Positions 1 through 8,388 of a stretch of 64,000 bases of DNA are shown here, one piece after another (positions within the stretch are counted from its first letter, which is position 1; each line of letters opens with the position of its first letter). The notes under the pieces were generated by a model. It saw only the letters and a program-made list of their open reading frames with translations, was not told where the DNA came from and did not search any database. The position numbers and the translations under genes were made by a program. The DNA is from a virus. Location: IMG/VR virus record IMGVR_UViG_3300037308_000350, positions 6,895-70,894 of that record; one strand, 5' to 3'.

Positions 1-32
1 TAAATTTTGTAAATAATATTTTCGGAATAAAG

Positions 33-389
33 ATGTATGCTATTAATAATAGTTATATTATTATGGCTAAAGTTTCAAGAGATTTAAATATCGCTAAAAG
101 TTTAGTGGGAACTAAACAGTTTGATTTTATTAAAAATATTTTTACAAAAGGTTCTATATTAAACAAAGAAAAAAATAAATTTTTGGTTAAAGGGTTAAAG
201 GCTTTTGAAGCGAAAACAGTAATAAACGCTTCAGCTATTAAAGCGTTTAATTCAAAAGAAAATATTTATTTAAAAGGAATAAAAGAATACTCGCTTAACA
301 GTGAGTTACATATTATAGGTAAGAGAGGCATAACTCCAATTTTATTAGCTTTGGATATGATAGGCGAAGAAATTGATGAAGGAGAATAA
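33..389 (+). CDS. hypothetical protein upstream of head module (start may be ATG at 63)
   Basis: ORF track; ends in GGAG RBS of the next gene. Confidence 0.55.
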   Translation: MYAINNSYIIMAKVSRDLNIAKSLVGTKQFDFIKNIFTKGSILNKEKNKFLVKGLKAFEAKTVINASAIKAFNSKENIYLKGIKEYSLNSELHIIGKRGITPILLALDMIGEEIDEGE

Positions 390-390
390 A

Positions 391-1824
391 ATGAACGTAG
401 AAATTATAGGAAAAAGTTTGGCAGAGTATACTTTAAACAGTAAAACTTCTTTTTTAGAAGGAAAAGACAATAATGAGCTTGAGGATTTAGCAAAGAAAAA
501 AGGGATACAGATTCCTAACAGGGATTTATCTTTTTTCAAAACTATATATGCAGAGGTAAATGTTCCTAATAGGAATAAAATGGTTCTTCCTTTAGAGAAA
601 GTAAAGAAAGGACTTCCCTCATTAATAGGTAAACAAATAAATTTTGACCACAAAGGAACTCATTTTATTTGTGGCTTTATCTTAGATGCTAAACTTGAAG
701 ATAAATTTATTATTGTTTATGGCTGTCTTTTTAAGAGTTCTTTTAAAGATGATTTTGAGACAGTCAAAGAAAAATTTGAAGGTGGAGATTTATTTGTTTC
801 TTTTGAAATTAGCGCTTATGATGAAAAGGGAGAATTAGTTTTAACGGAGGAAGAAGGAAATTACATTATTAATAAAATCAACTTTTGTGGGTGTGGTCTA
901 CTTTTAAAATCTAAACCTGCTTGCGCAAAAGCGAAGGTTTTGGATTTGTTGGCTTCTGAAAAGATAATTAAGGAAGCTGAAGAGATAATCAAAGTGGTCT
1001 TTGATGAAGACTTATCTCCTGATGTGGTTTACGCTGAACTATATATGAACGAAGAGGAGGAAAAAATTAAAATGGCTGATGAAAAGGTAATAAATCAAGA
1101 AGAAGTTAAAGCTGAGGAAAAAAAGGAAGAAACTCAGGCTATTGAAGAGCCTAAAGTGGAAGCAAAAGCTAAGTGCTCCGAGTGCGGAGAGGAACTTGCC
1201 GAAGGTGAAAAAGACCTTTGCGCCAAATGCAAAAAGAAAAAGGAAGAAGAAAAAGAGAAAGTAAAAGCTGAAGAGCCTAAAGCAGAAGAGAAGAAAGAAG
1301 AAGTTCAGGCTACCGAAGCTCCTAAAGTTGAAGAGAAAAAAGAAGAACCCAAAGCCGAAGAAGTAAAGGCTGAGGAAAAGAAAGAAGAGCCCAAGGTTGA
1401 GGCTCAGACAGTTGTTATTACTACAGAAGAGTCAGTTAAAAAGGTTGATACCATAGAAGATGGTAAAGAAACCGTTGAAACTAAAGGTGAAGTAGTAAGA
1501 ACAGTTGAATCTGAAACAGGAAAATCAACCGAGACTCAGAAAATAGATACCGTTGTAACTTATACTTTTGAACAGTATCAGGCGCTTGAAGCCGAAAAGA
1601 ATAGCGTAAAAGCTGAACTGGAAACAGTAAAAGCCGAAAATGCTAAGATAAAGGAAGAACTTGAAACACTTAAAGCTTCTCAGGTAAAAACTGCCGAAGT
1701 CAAGCCTGAAGAGAAAAAAGCCGATTTAGTGGCTACCGTAAAAGGTAAAGAAAATACTGAAGCAAAGCCTTCAGATGCAGTTAATCATTATGCTAACGAG
1801 ATATGGAAACAAGAAAGAAAATAA
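391..1824 (+). CDS. prohead protease/scaffold fusion (N-terminal protease-like domain, CxxC-CxxC ribbon, Lys/Glu-rich coiled coil)
   Basis: Directly upstream of capsid gene; INFDH, GFILDA, VSFEI, FCGCGLL segments typical of phage prohead proteases; KE-rich C-half; GGAG RBS favours ATG 391 over 373. Confidence 0.7.
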   Translation: MNVEIIGKSLAEYTLNSKTSFLEGKDNNELEDLAKKKGIQIPNRDLSFFKTIYAEVNVPNRNKMVLPLEKVKKGLPSLIGKQINFDHKGTHFICGFILDAKLEDKFIIVYGCLFKSSFKDDFETVKEKFEGGDLFVSFEISAYDEKGELVLTEEEGNYIINKINFCGCGLLLKSKPACAKAKVLDLLASEKIIKEAEEIIKVVFDEDLSPDVVYAELYMNEEEEKIKMADEKVINQEEVKAEEKKEETQAIEEPKVEAKAKCSECGEELAEGEKDLCAKCKKKKEEEKEKVKAEEPKAEEKKEEVQATEAPKVEEKKEEPKAEEVKAEEKKEEPKVEAQTVVITTEESVKKVDTIEDGKETVETKGEVVRTVESETGKSTETQKIDTVVTYTFEQYQALEAEKNSVKAELETVKAENAKIKEELETLKASQVKTAEVKPEEKKADLVATVKGKENTEAKPSDAVNHYANEIWKQERK

Positions 1825-1846
1825 GCTTAAAATAGATAAAAGCTTA

Positions 1847-1873
1847 CTCACTCTAACTAAAGATATGAGTGAG
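1847..1873 (+). promoter_or_regulatory. inverted repeat CTCACTC..GAGTGAG between scaffold and capsid genes
   Basis: 7-bp stem, 13-nt loop read from sequence. Confidence 0.4.
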
Positions 1874-1905
1874 GAGATAGTCCAAAACTAATGGAGGAAA
1901 CAAAA

Positions 1906-2916
1906 ATGAACAAGGAAGAAATCCTGAAAGCGAAAGAAGAGTTAAAGAAAGCAGTTACCGATGGCAAGTTGTTTGCGGAAGTGGCGAGAATCATAGGTGA
2001 ACCTCTTGACCCTCTGCGCCCTTATCCTAAAGTTGTTGAGATGCTGTGCGAAGTTGCTGAACCTGCTGATAAAGGCGAAGATATTTTCAAGTTTGACGTT
2101 GATGAAGATGTGAAAGAAGTATTCTACATCAATGCTAATGGTCAGGTTACATCTACTCAGGTTACACCTGCAACTCCTTCACAGATTAACTTCTGTGATG
2201 TTCTGACGACTGAGTTTTATGTTGCCTTTACAGATTTATTGAAGGCTAAATATGACGTTCTTGGTCGTAAGAAAGTAACGATTGGTCGTGCTTTGAACGC
2301 AGACGAAATCAAGAAGACCCTTTTGGTTCACGATAGCGCAATCATCAATGATGCAGACCATAGGATAGTGCTTGGTTCTGGAGAAACAAAGTTCAAATAT
2401 TCCCATCTTATTGCTATGCGTGAAGCTATCAAAGACTACGGTGATGGTTTTGTTCTCGTAGTTGGCTCACAGATTGATGAAGATATTATACTTTGGGATT
2501 ATGATGAGAATAAATATCACTCCTTGAAAGAGGCTCTTGCTGATTTGAGAATTGAGATAGTGAGAGTTGTTGGTAAAGTTAGCATAGGCGACCAGACTAC
2601 ATCTCCGTATAATCAGTCATCTTCAGAGAAAGCGCTTTTGAATTCAAACAAAGCAATCTTGGTAGCGTTGAACACCGAAGCTGGAAAACCTGCGGTATTC
2701 TGTCGTAGGATGATAGACTCTTTGGAACTTTTGGGTGGCGAGATTGATGCTCAGATGCAGAGAGCAACCATCCTTTCCCCTGCGATTATGCCAGTGGGAA
2801 CGAAGAGAATTCCTGCGGTTGGCGTTGTTGGTTTTGAATCAGTGGCGTTGGCAGTTCGCAATAACAAAGCTATCGCTGGATTCTATCGTGGTTCTTCGTG
2901 GGTTGCTGAGGCTTAA
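1906..2916 (+). CDS. major capsid protein
   Basis: About 336 aa after scaffold, followed by strong terminator; GGAGG RBS before ATG 1906; codon usage richer in C-ending codons than neighbours. Confidence 0.75.
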   Translation: MNKEEILKAKEELKKAVTDGKLFAEVARIIGEPLDPLRPYPKVVEMLCEVAEPADKGEDIFKFDVDEDVKEVFYINANGQVTSTQVTPATPSQINFCDVLTTEFYVAFTDLLKAKYDVLGRKKVTIGRALNADEIKKTLLVHDSAIINDADHRIVLGSGETKFKYSHLIAMREAIKDYGDGFVLVVGSQIDEDIILWDYDENKYHSLKEALADLRIEIVRVVGKVSIGDQTTSPYNQSSSEKALLNSNKAILVALNTEAGKPAVFCRRMIDSLELLGGEIDAQMQRATILSPAIMPVGTKRIPAVGVVGFESVALAVRNNKAIAGFYRGSSWVAEA

Positions 2917-2930
2917 CCTTTAGTAATACA

Positions 2931-2964
2931 AGGGGAGGGAGATAACCTCTCCCTCTCCTTTTTT
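2931..2964 (+). terminator. rho-independent terminator after capsid gene
   Basis: GGGGAGGGAGA-taacc-TCTCCCTCTCC then TTTTTT. Confidence 0.8.
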
Positions 2965-2981
2965 AAAAACAAGGACTAAAA

Positions 2982-3452
2982 ATGTTTGAACAACTGAAAT
3001 CAAAAAATTATTTAGACTTATTAGTTTTTTCTAATGAAGTAAAAGATTTACATCAAGATTTTTATATCACAATGAACAATGAAAGAAAATATTTAAATGA
3101 TATTAAAGTTATTCAGCATTATTTTGAAAATAAATTGAAACACGGAGAAATTTGTTTATCAGATAGAAAAACCTGTTTTCTTATTACTTGGGGATTTAGC
3201 GATAAAAACCAAAGAAAGTTTATCAAAATTCTATCTATAGACACCAACAGCGCAAGAAAAGCTTTAACTTGCTTACTTTATCAGTTTGGGGATAAAGAAT
3301 GGTGGGTAAAAGTTAAAAAGAATAACCCTCTTCTTAAGGTATATCAAGGAATGGGATTTAATTTTGAAGGTGGAAGAGGAGAAGAAGTTTTATTAGTAAG
3401 AAAAGCGGATAAATTTAGAAAGAAATTCATAGGAGATAAAGAAGATGCTTAA
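2982..3452 (+). CDS. GNAT-like acetyltransferase-fold protein
   Basis: C-terminal KKNNPLLKVYQGMGFNFEG resembles the GNAT N..A..(L/F)Y.K.GF motif. Confidence 0.45.
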   Translation: MFEQLKSKNYLDLLVFSNEVKDLHQDFYITMNNERKYLNDIKVIQHYFENKLKHGEICLSDRKTCFLITWGFSDKNQRKFIKILSIDTNSARKALTCLLYQFGDKEWWVKVKKNNPLLKVYQGMGFNFEGGRGEEVLLVRKADKFRKKFIGDKEDA

Positions 3453-4041
3453 CGTAATTCCGATAGTCAGAGACCTTATTGAAGATAACTTGAGTGATGG
3501 CTATAATTATTTTGAATATATAAATAGCCGATATTTCACTTTATCTGAGCCCAATGCTCAAAGCTCTACTATTAAGGTATATAAGAATGGAACTTTAATG
3601 GCAGGAGCAAATTATTCTTTTGATTCAGATACCAATAAATTAAATTATACAGGAACAATAGCGGTAGGGGATAAATTAGAGGTATATTATAAGTGCTACG
3701 CTAAATACAGCGATTTTTCAATTAAAGCGTTTATTAGAAACGCTCTCTATTGGATTACGGTTTGCAATTATCGTGATTACGCAATAGAATCCGCAGAAAC
3801 CATTACTTATACTGAAGACGGTGAAGCGGTAACTCTTACGGACAGGGATTATAGATTAATAGGATTAGTTACCAGCATATTGATTAAAGGGGATATTAAA
3901 TCTTATAAAACTATTGAACTCAGCATTACTTTTAATGAGACCCTATCCGTTGAAGATAAAATTAGAAGGGCTGTTGAAACATTTAAGACAAGATATGGTG
4001 TTTTAGATTATCATCCAACAGATGAAGAGGAAATAGAATAA
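3445..4041 (+). CDS. head-tail adaptor/connector protein
   Basis: Synteny after capsid; N-terminal beta-rich repeat (KVYKNG..YSFD) and helical C-terminus. Confidence 0.5.
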   Translation: MLNVIPIVRDLIEDNLSDGYNYFEYINSRYFTLSEPNAQSSTIKVYKNGTLMAGANYSFDSDTNKLNYTGTIAVGDKLEVYYKCYAKYSDFSIKAFIRNALYWITVCNYRDYAIESAETITYTEDGEAVTLTDRDYRLIGLVTSILIKGDIKSYKTIELSITFNETLSVEDKIRRAVETFKTRYGVLDYHPTDEEEIE

Positions 4042-4415
4042 TGAATCATAATTTTAGCTTTTTTAATATATTAAAAGACAATAAAGACTTGCAGACGATT
4101 TATGTTTTTGGAATGACGCAAGTTAGTCAAGACCCTTATGAAAAAAATACTAAAAGAACTTTTGATAATCCTATTCCTGTAAAGGGATTAATAAAAGATA
4201 TTTCTTTTAGTGGTTTAGTTTGGAAATTACAGGGTTTAAAGGAAGTAGGAGCAAAAGAATTAATTGTGGAAAAGAAGTATAGAACTTTATTTGAGACTTG
4301 TGGAAAAATACTTATAGACAGCAAAGAGTATGCTGTTTATCAAGATGGGGTGAGCAAACAGTTCCAAATTTTAGAGCGAAAGGATTATTTAGTAATCCTA
4401 TTGGAACGAAAATAA
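4041..4415 (+). CDS. head closure/stopper protein
   Basis: Size, beta-rich sequence and position in head-tail joining cluster. Confidence 0.5.
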   Translation: MNHNFSFFNILKDNKDLQTIYVFGMTQVSQDPYEKNTKRTFDNPIPVKGLIKDISFSGLVWKLQGLKEVGAKELIVEKKYRTLFETCGKILIDSKEYAVYQDGVSKQFQILERKDYLVILLERK

Positions 4416-4416
4416 T

Positions 4417-5004
4417 ATGTGGTCAATCCGAGTAGAAATACAAAAAGGTAAAGACCCATTAGTTTTAGCTGACAAAATTATACATAGAGTTTATCCAGAG
4501 ATTCAATCAAAGTTAGCTGAAATGGCTGAGTATTCTAAAAGTAGAATGATTGATATAATTACTTCTGGAAAGAAAAGACCCGATAAGTTTAGTGGAGTAA
4601 AGCTTGAAGATGTAATTGATGTAGAATATTTAAATACAACTGCTGGAGTTGATATAGGAGTAGGAAACATAATGAAATTAAATTCATTAACTCCTTATTG
4701 GCAAGTTTTAAATAGTGGTTGTTTAGCAGGAACAAATGTAAAATATATTCCTAACTATGGCAATTGGGTAGCTGGTGGAAGCTTTAGCGATAACGATGGA
4801 AGACCAGATGCTTCTCATTTTAGAGAAGGACAATGGGATGCTCACGGAGCTACAGGCGCAGGGTTAGGAATACCTTCTTATACATTTAAAGCAAAGAAAA
4901 CAATTGAAGGCTTAGATTATATAACTTTAACAGCACAGGAAGTAAGAAGTCAATTAGAAGAAGCAATTCAAAAAGCAATAGCAAATTATCAGGCTTCATT
5001 CTAA
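4417..5004 (+). CDS. tail completion/neck protein (HK97 gp10-like position)
   Basis: Synteny; YWQVLNSG segment reminiscent of this class. Confidence 0.45.
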   Translation: MWSIRVEIQKGKDPLVLADKIIHRVYPEIQSKLAEMAEYSKSRMIDIITSGKKRPDKFSGVKLEDVIDVEYLNTTAGVDIGVGNIMKLNSLTPYWQVLNSGCLAGTNVKYIPNYGNWVAGGSFSDNDGRPDASHFREGQWDAHGATGAGLGIPSYTFKAKKTIEGLDYITLTAQEVRSQLEEAIQKAIANYQASF

Positions 5005-5014
5005 GGAGAAATAA

Positions 5015-5485
5015 ATGGCAACTTATAGAAAATATAGAAATATAGAGGCTTCATTAATAGATTTTATAACAGCCCAAGCGCTTAGTGATTCTTGGAGCGT
5101 AAGAGTTGAAAAGTCTTTTTCACGAATTTCTTCTGGCACTTTTCCAGTTATTTTAGTTCAACTGGTGAGTAGTCCACCGAATAGGTATGAAATTGGGAGT
5201 AATAAATATTTACAATATGCTTTGATTAATATAAGAATATTTGCCGAAAATGATGGACAAAGATTAGATTTAGCCTCTTGGCTTATTGACGAATTTGAGG
5301 GAGCTATTCCTTATTATGAATATGAAATTACCAATGGAGTTGTTTCAGAAAAAAATCAGAGTGGACATATTCATATTAGGCGATTTCTTAATAATAGAAA
5401 AGAACTTGAACTCACTGAAGGTTTAGTAACCGAAGACAAATATAGGCATATAATTTCTATTGAAGTAAAAGTCAAGGAGGCTTAA
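5015..5485 (+). CDS. tail terminator-like protein
   Basis: 156 aa just upstream of major tail; FPVILV and INIRIFA beta strands. Confidence 0.5.
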   Translation: MATYRKYRNIEASLIDFITAQALSDSWSVRVEKSFSRISSGTFPVILVQLVSSPPNRYEIGSNKYLQYALINIRIFAENDGQRLDLASWLIDEFEGAIPYYEYEITNGVVSEKNQSGHIHIRRFLNNRKELELTEGLVTEDKYRHIISIEVKVKEA

Positions 5486-5695
5486 ATGAGTTTATCAAAT
5501 TACCTTCAGATTGGAGCAGTAGTAGTCAATGTTCTAATTTTTGTTGTTATAAAATTCAATGATTTAAGGCATCTTACAGCTACAGTCAAGGAATTAAAAG
5601 CTATGAGTATGGATACCAATACAAGACTATCCAGATTGGAAGGTTTTGTGTCTGGTATTTCTGGGAGAAAAAGATATAGTAAGGCAAAAAGATAA
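5486..5695 (+). CDS. small single-TM coiled-coil protein (holin/XhlA-like)
   Basis: Hydrophobic IGAVVVNVLIFVVI followed by heptad helix and basic tail. Confidence 0.4.
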   Translation: MSLSNYLQIGAVVVNVLIFVVIKFNDLRHLTATVKELKAMSMDTNTRLSRLEGFVSGISGRKRYSKAKR

Positions 5696-5702
5696 ATGAC
5701 TT

Positions 5703-5744
5703 TCAGTTGTTTTTCTGAGAAGAGAAAAATAAACCAACAACTGA
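5703..5744 (+). promoter_or_regulatory. inverted repeat upstream of major tail gene
   Basis: TCAGTTGTT (5703-5711) pairs with AACAACTGA (5736-5744). Confidence 0.4.
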
Positions 5745-5794
5745 GGCTTTTTGAAGAAGCTAAAAGTCATTAAGAAATACAGGAGGATATAAAA

Positions 5795-7021
5795 ATGATA
5801 CATAGTAAAGGTTATCAACCAAAAGTGTTTCCTTGGGGAAACGGAAATCCTGCCGAAATTGACAGAGCTCAAGATATTGGTGGAGATTTAGGTTTGAACA
5901 GAGACAAAGTGAACGAAATTGGAAGGACTGGCGTTGTAGGCTATCGCAAGAGAACTCCTTCATTTCGTTACACCTTAAGACAGCTTGAATATGGCTCATT
6001 AGAGTTCTGGAAGAAATTAGCTAATAAAGCAGATTCAGCGAGATATATCACGCTTGAAGATTTCAAGACTTCTATCTGCGAAATAGCTTCTTATTTGACT
6101 GACGATAGCAATGCTTTCACAGGAACTCTCTGGATTCCTAAGACCAGAGTTTCTGGATTTGGGTTGAATATTGGAGACCCAGATGCAATGATAGAAAGAA
6201 GTTTTGAGCTTATTGGTGAAGATTATAAAATGCTTCAGGAAGACAATAAATATCTTATTTATCTTTCCGATGTAGTTGGAACAGGCGAAACAACCAAAAC
6301 AATAGTAATTGGCGCTGGCTCGTTTGCAACTTATCCTGACCCTGTTGAAAATCCTGATGAAGCTGGAAAATATATATTAAGATTAATCAGGGTTCGCTCA
6401 GGAGTAGCTTCAGCTTTGGAATATGGCACAGGAACAGACCAGTTTAGCTATGATAACGGAACTACAACTATCACAATTAATAATTGCGAAGTTGGAGATG
6501 TCATAAAAGCTTTTTATTCAGCTTCTAATTATATCACTGGAGTTAATCCTTTCGTGGTAAACGATGTAGACCCAGATGTATTAGATGCTGAGAATGTAAG
6601 CATCTTCTTGGGAAGCGGTAATTACCTTTACAGACTTCAGAGTTGTTCAATTGATGGTTCATTAGACCGCAGAGACATCAAAGAACTTGGTAGCACCGAA
6701 GTAGTTCAGACTGGCGTTAGAGAGAACACTGTTAATGTTACTTTAGGAAGGCTTTTAGAGAGATTGACAATTGAAGAAGTGTTGAGAGGCGTTTCTGCTG
6801 GATACGGTTTGATTGACCCACGAAAATTCCTTGATAATATTTCTTTGATTATAAAAATATTTGAAGATGAAACTAAAACTACTTTCAAAATGGGGTATAA
6901 GATTACCAATTTGACTCCTACAACTATTGCTCAGGGAACTCCTTTGGAAGATTATGCTAATCAGAATGTAACGATGACAAGCGACAATTTAAAAGTAACC
7001 GATGATGAAGCAGAACTATAA
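5795..7021 (+). CDS. major tail (tube) protein
   Basis: 408 aa, beta-rich, GGAGG RBS, followed by hairpin, chaperones and tape measure. Confidence 0.65.
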   Translation: MIHSKGYQPKVFPWGNGNPAEIDRAQDIGGDLGLNRDKVNEIGRTGVVGYRKRTPSFRYTLRQLEYGSLEFWKKLANKADSARYITLEDFKTSICEIASYLTDDSNAFTGTLWIPKTRVSGFGLNIGDPDAMIERSFELIGEDYKMLQEDNKYLIYLSDVVGTGETTKTIVIGAGSFATYPDPVENPDEAGKYILRLIRVRSGVASALEYGTGTDQFSYDNGTTTITINNCEVGDVIKAFYSASNYITGVNPFVVNDVDPDVLDAENVSIFLGSGNYLYRLQSCSIDGSLDRRDIKELGSTEVVQTGVRENTVNVTLGRLLERLTIEEVLRGVSAGYGLIDPRKFLDNISLIIKIFEDETKTTFKMGYKITNLTPTTIAQGTPLEDYANQNVTMTSDNLKVTDDEAEL

Positions 7022-7036
7022 AAAATAAGAGTTGCT

Positions 7037-7069
7037 GGAGGGGAGGCGCTCTGGGAGCGCTTCTCCTCC
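7037..7069 (+). terminator. GC-rich hairpin after major tail gene
   Basis: GGAGGGGAGGCGCTC-tgg-GAGCGCTTCTCCTCC; weak U-tract. Confidence 0.55.
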
Positions 7070-7092
7070 TTGCTAAAAGTAAGGTGTAAGGT

Positions 7093-7353
7093 ATGGAAAT
7101 TTTAAAAATAAGCGACAAAGCCTTGGAAGATTTAGTTAATTTCTACTCTCGCAAGCTTGTTGGTAAAGTATGCAAGAGGTTTGAAATTATTAAGAATAAT
7201 CACGACCTTTTAAAAGAGGATGTTAAAGAATTAATTTATGAATCCTTTCGTGATTTTAAGGATGTAGTTGTTGCTTATAATACTGGTAAAGAAGTTCTCT
7301 TAGTTGAGTTCAAAAAAGAGAGCCCAAACCCTGACACCAAAAAAGAGAGTTAG
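7093..7353 (+). CDS. hypothetical protein (tail chaperone region)
   Basis: ORF with AAGG RBS. Confidence 0.6.
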   Translation: MEILKISDKALEDLVNFYSRKLVGKVCKRFEIIKNNHDLLKEDVKELIYESFRDFKDVVVAYNTGKEVLLVEFKKESPNPDTKKES

Positions 7354-7373
7354 GTATTGGGCTTTTTGTTTTT
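7321..7373 (+). terminator. hairpin plus U-tract overlapping the end of the 86-aa ORF
   Basis: AGCCCAA...TTGGGCT with inner CTGAC/GTTAG pairing, then TTTTGTTTTT. Confidence 0.45.
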
Positions 7374-7390
7374 AAGTAAGGGAGGATAAA

Positions 7391-8029
7391 ATGGAACAGA
7401 ACGATTTAACAAGTGAGGAGATTCAAAAGATTCAAGCTAAAGCTGAAAAAGATATTGATTTAATGAAACTTGGAGAGTATCTTCGTGATAATTTAGTGCC
7501 CTTTGAATATAATGCTAAAAAATATAGAGTAAGAATTCTTGACCGTAAAGAAAAAGAAGAACTCTATAAATTTAAAATAAGACGATATGTTGAATTGCTT
7601 AAAGATAAAACTTATACCTTAGAAAATGATTTAATTAAGGTATATAAGGAAAGAGGCATTGATATTGAAAAAATGACTCAAGATTTTATAGACTTAGAAA
7701 AGGAAGAACAAGGAGTAAATTTTAAACTTGGAGAGGCTCTTGCTAATAAATCTTCCGAAGTAGAATGTAATGCTTGGAAAGAACAAATTGAAGATATTAG
7801 GCGTAAGAAATTTCAGATTACCATACAGAAAACTCATCTTTTAGCTTTTTCTTTAGAGCATCAATTAATGATTAATTTATACGAATATAAAACATTTTTA
7901 GGCTTGGAGATTTTAGAAGGCGAAAATTGGGTTAAAGTATTTAAAACATTTGACGAATTTAAGGCTTGCGAAGATGACGTATTAATTAATGAAGCATCTT
8001 CAGCCACAACTTTAATTCAAAATGATTAA
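7391..8029 (+). CDS. tail assembly chaperone
   Basis: Helical, charged protein between tail tube and tape measure; GGAGG RBS. Confidence 0.55.
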   Translation: MEQNDLTSEEIQKIQAKAEKDIDLMKLGEYLRDNLVPFEYNAKKYRVRILDRKEKEELYKFKIRRYVELLKDKTYTLENDLIKVYKERGIDIEKMTQDFIDLEKEEQGVNFKLGEALANKSSEVECNAWKEQIEDIRRKKFQITIQKTHLLAFSLEHQLMINLYEYKTFLGLEILEGENWVKVFKTFDEFKACEDDVLINEASSATTLIQND

Positions 8030-8387
8030 TAGTGTAAATGCTTTTGAATACTTAAGGGAATTAGCCCACTCTGATTACTATCAGACTCTTTTTGTAGCGT
8101 CTAAAGAGCATAATGGTTTTAGACTCTTTAAAAATGATTTTGATTTTAGTCAGATTCAAGTAGCATTTTTTAACTGGTTATACTTTTATTATAACTTGCA
8201 AAGTGATATTTCTTCTGGGTTGGTATCGGAGTTAGTAAATAAAAATAGTATATTTGCAGATGCTTATTCTTATTATAAATATAAAAGTAAAGGTAAACAA
8301 AAGAAAGAAAAAGATAATAAAATAAAAAATAATGAGTTAAAGATAGTTTTTGGTAAGAAAGGTTGCCCTGTGGACAGAGGAAAATAA
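8022..8387 (+). CDS. second tail assembly chaperone-like protein
   Basis: Overlaps previous ORF by 8 nt; immediately precedes tape measure. Confidence 0.5.
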   Translation: MINSVNAFEYLRELAHSDYYQTLFVASKEHNGFRLFKNDFDFSQIQVAFFNWLYFYYNLQSDISSGLVSELVNKNSIFADAYSYYKYKSKGKQKKEKDNKIKNNELKIVFGKKGCPVDRGK

Positions 8388-8388
8388 A

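Noticed and set aside
8009-8029. Programmed -1 frameshift between the tail chaperones
   Set aside because: The second ORF is in the +1 frame, is open only from 8016 and has its own ATG. No XXXYYYZ slippery heptamer is present.
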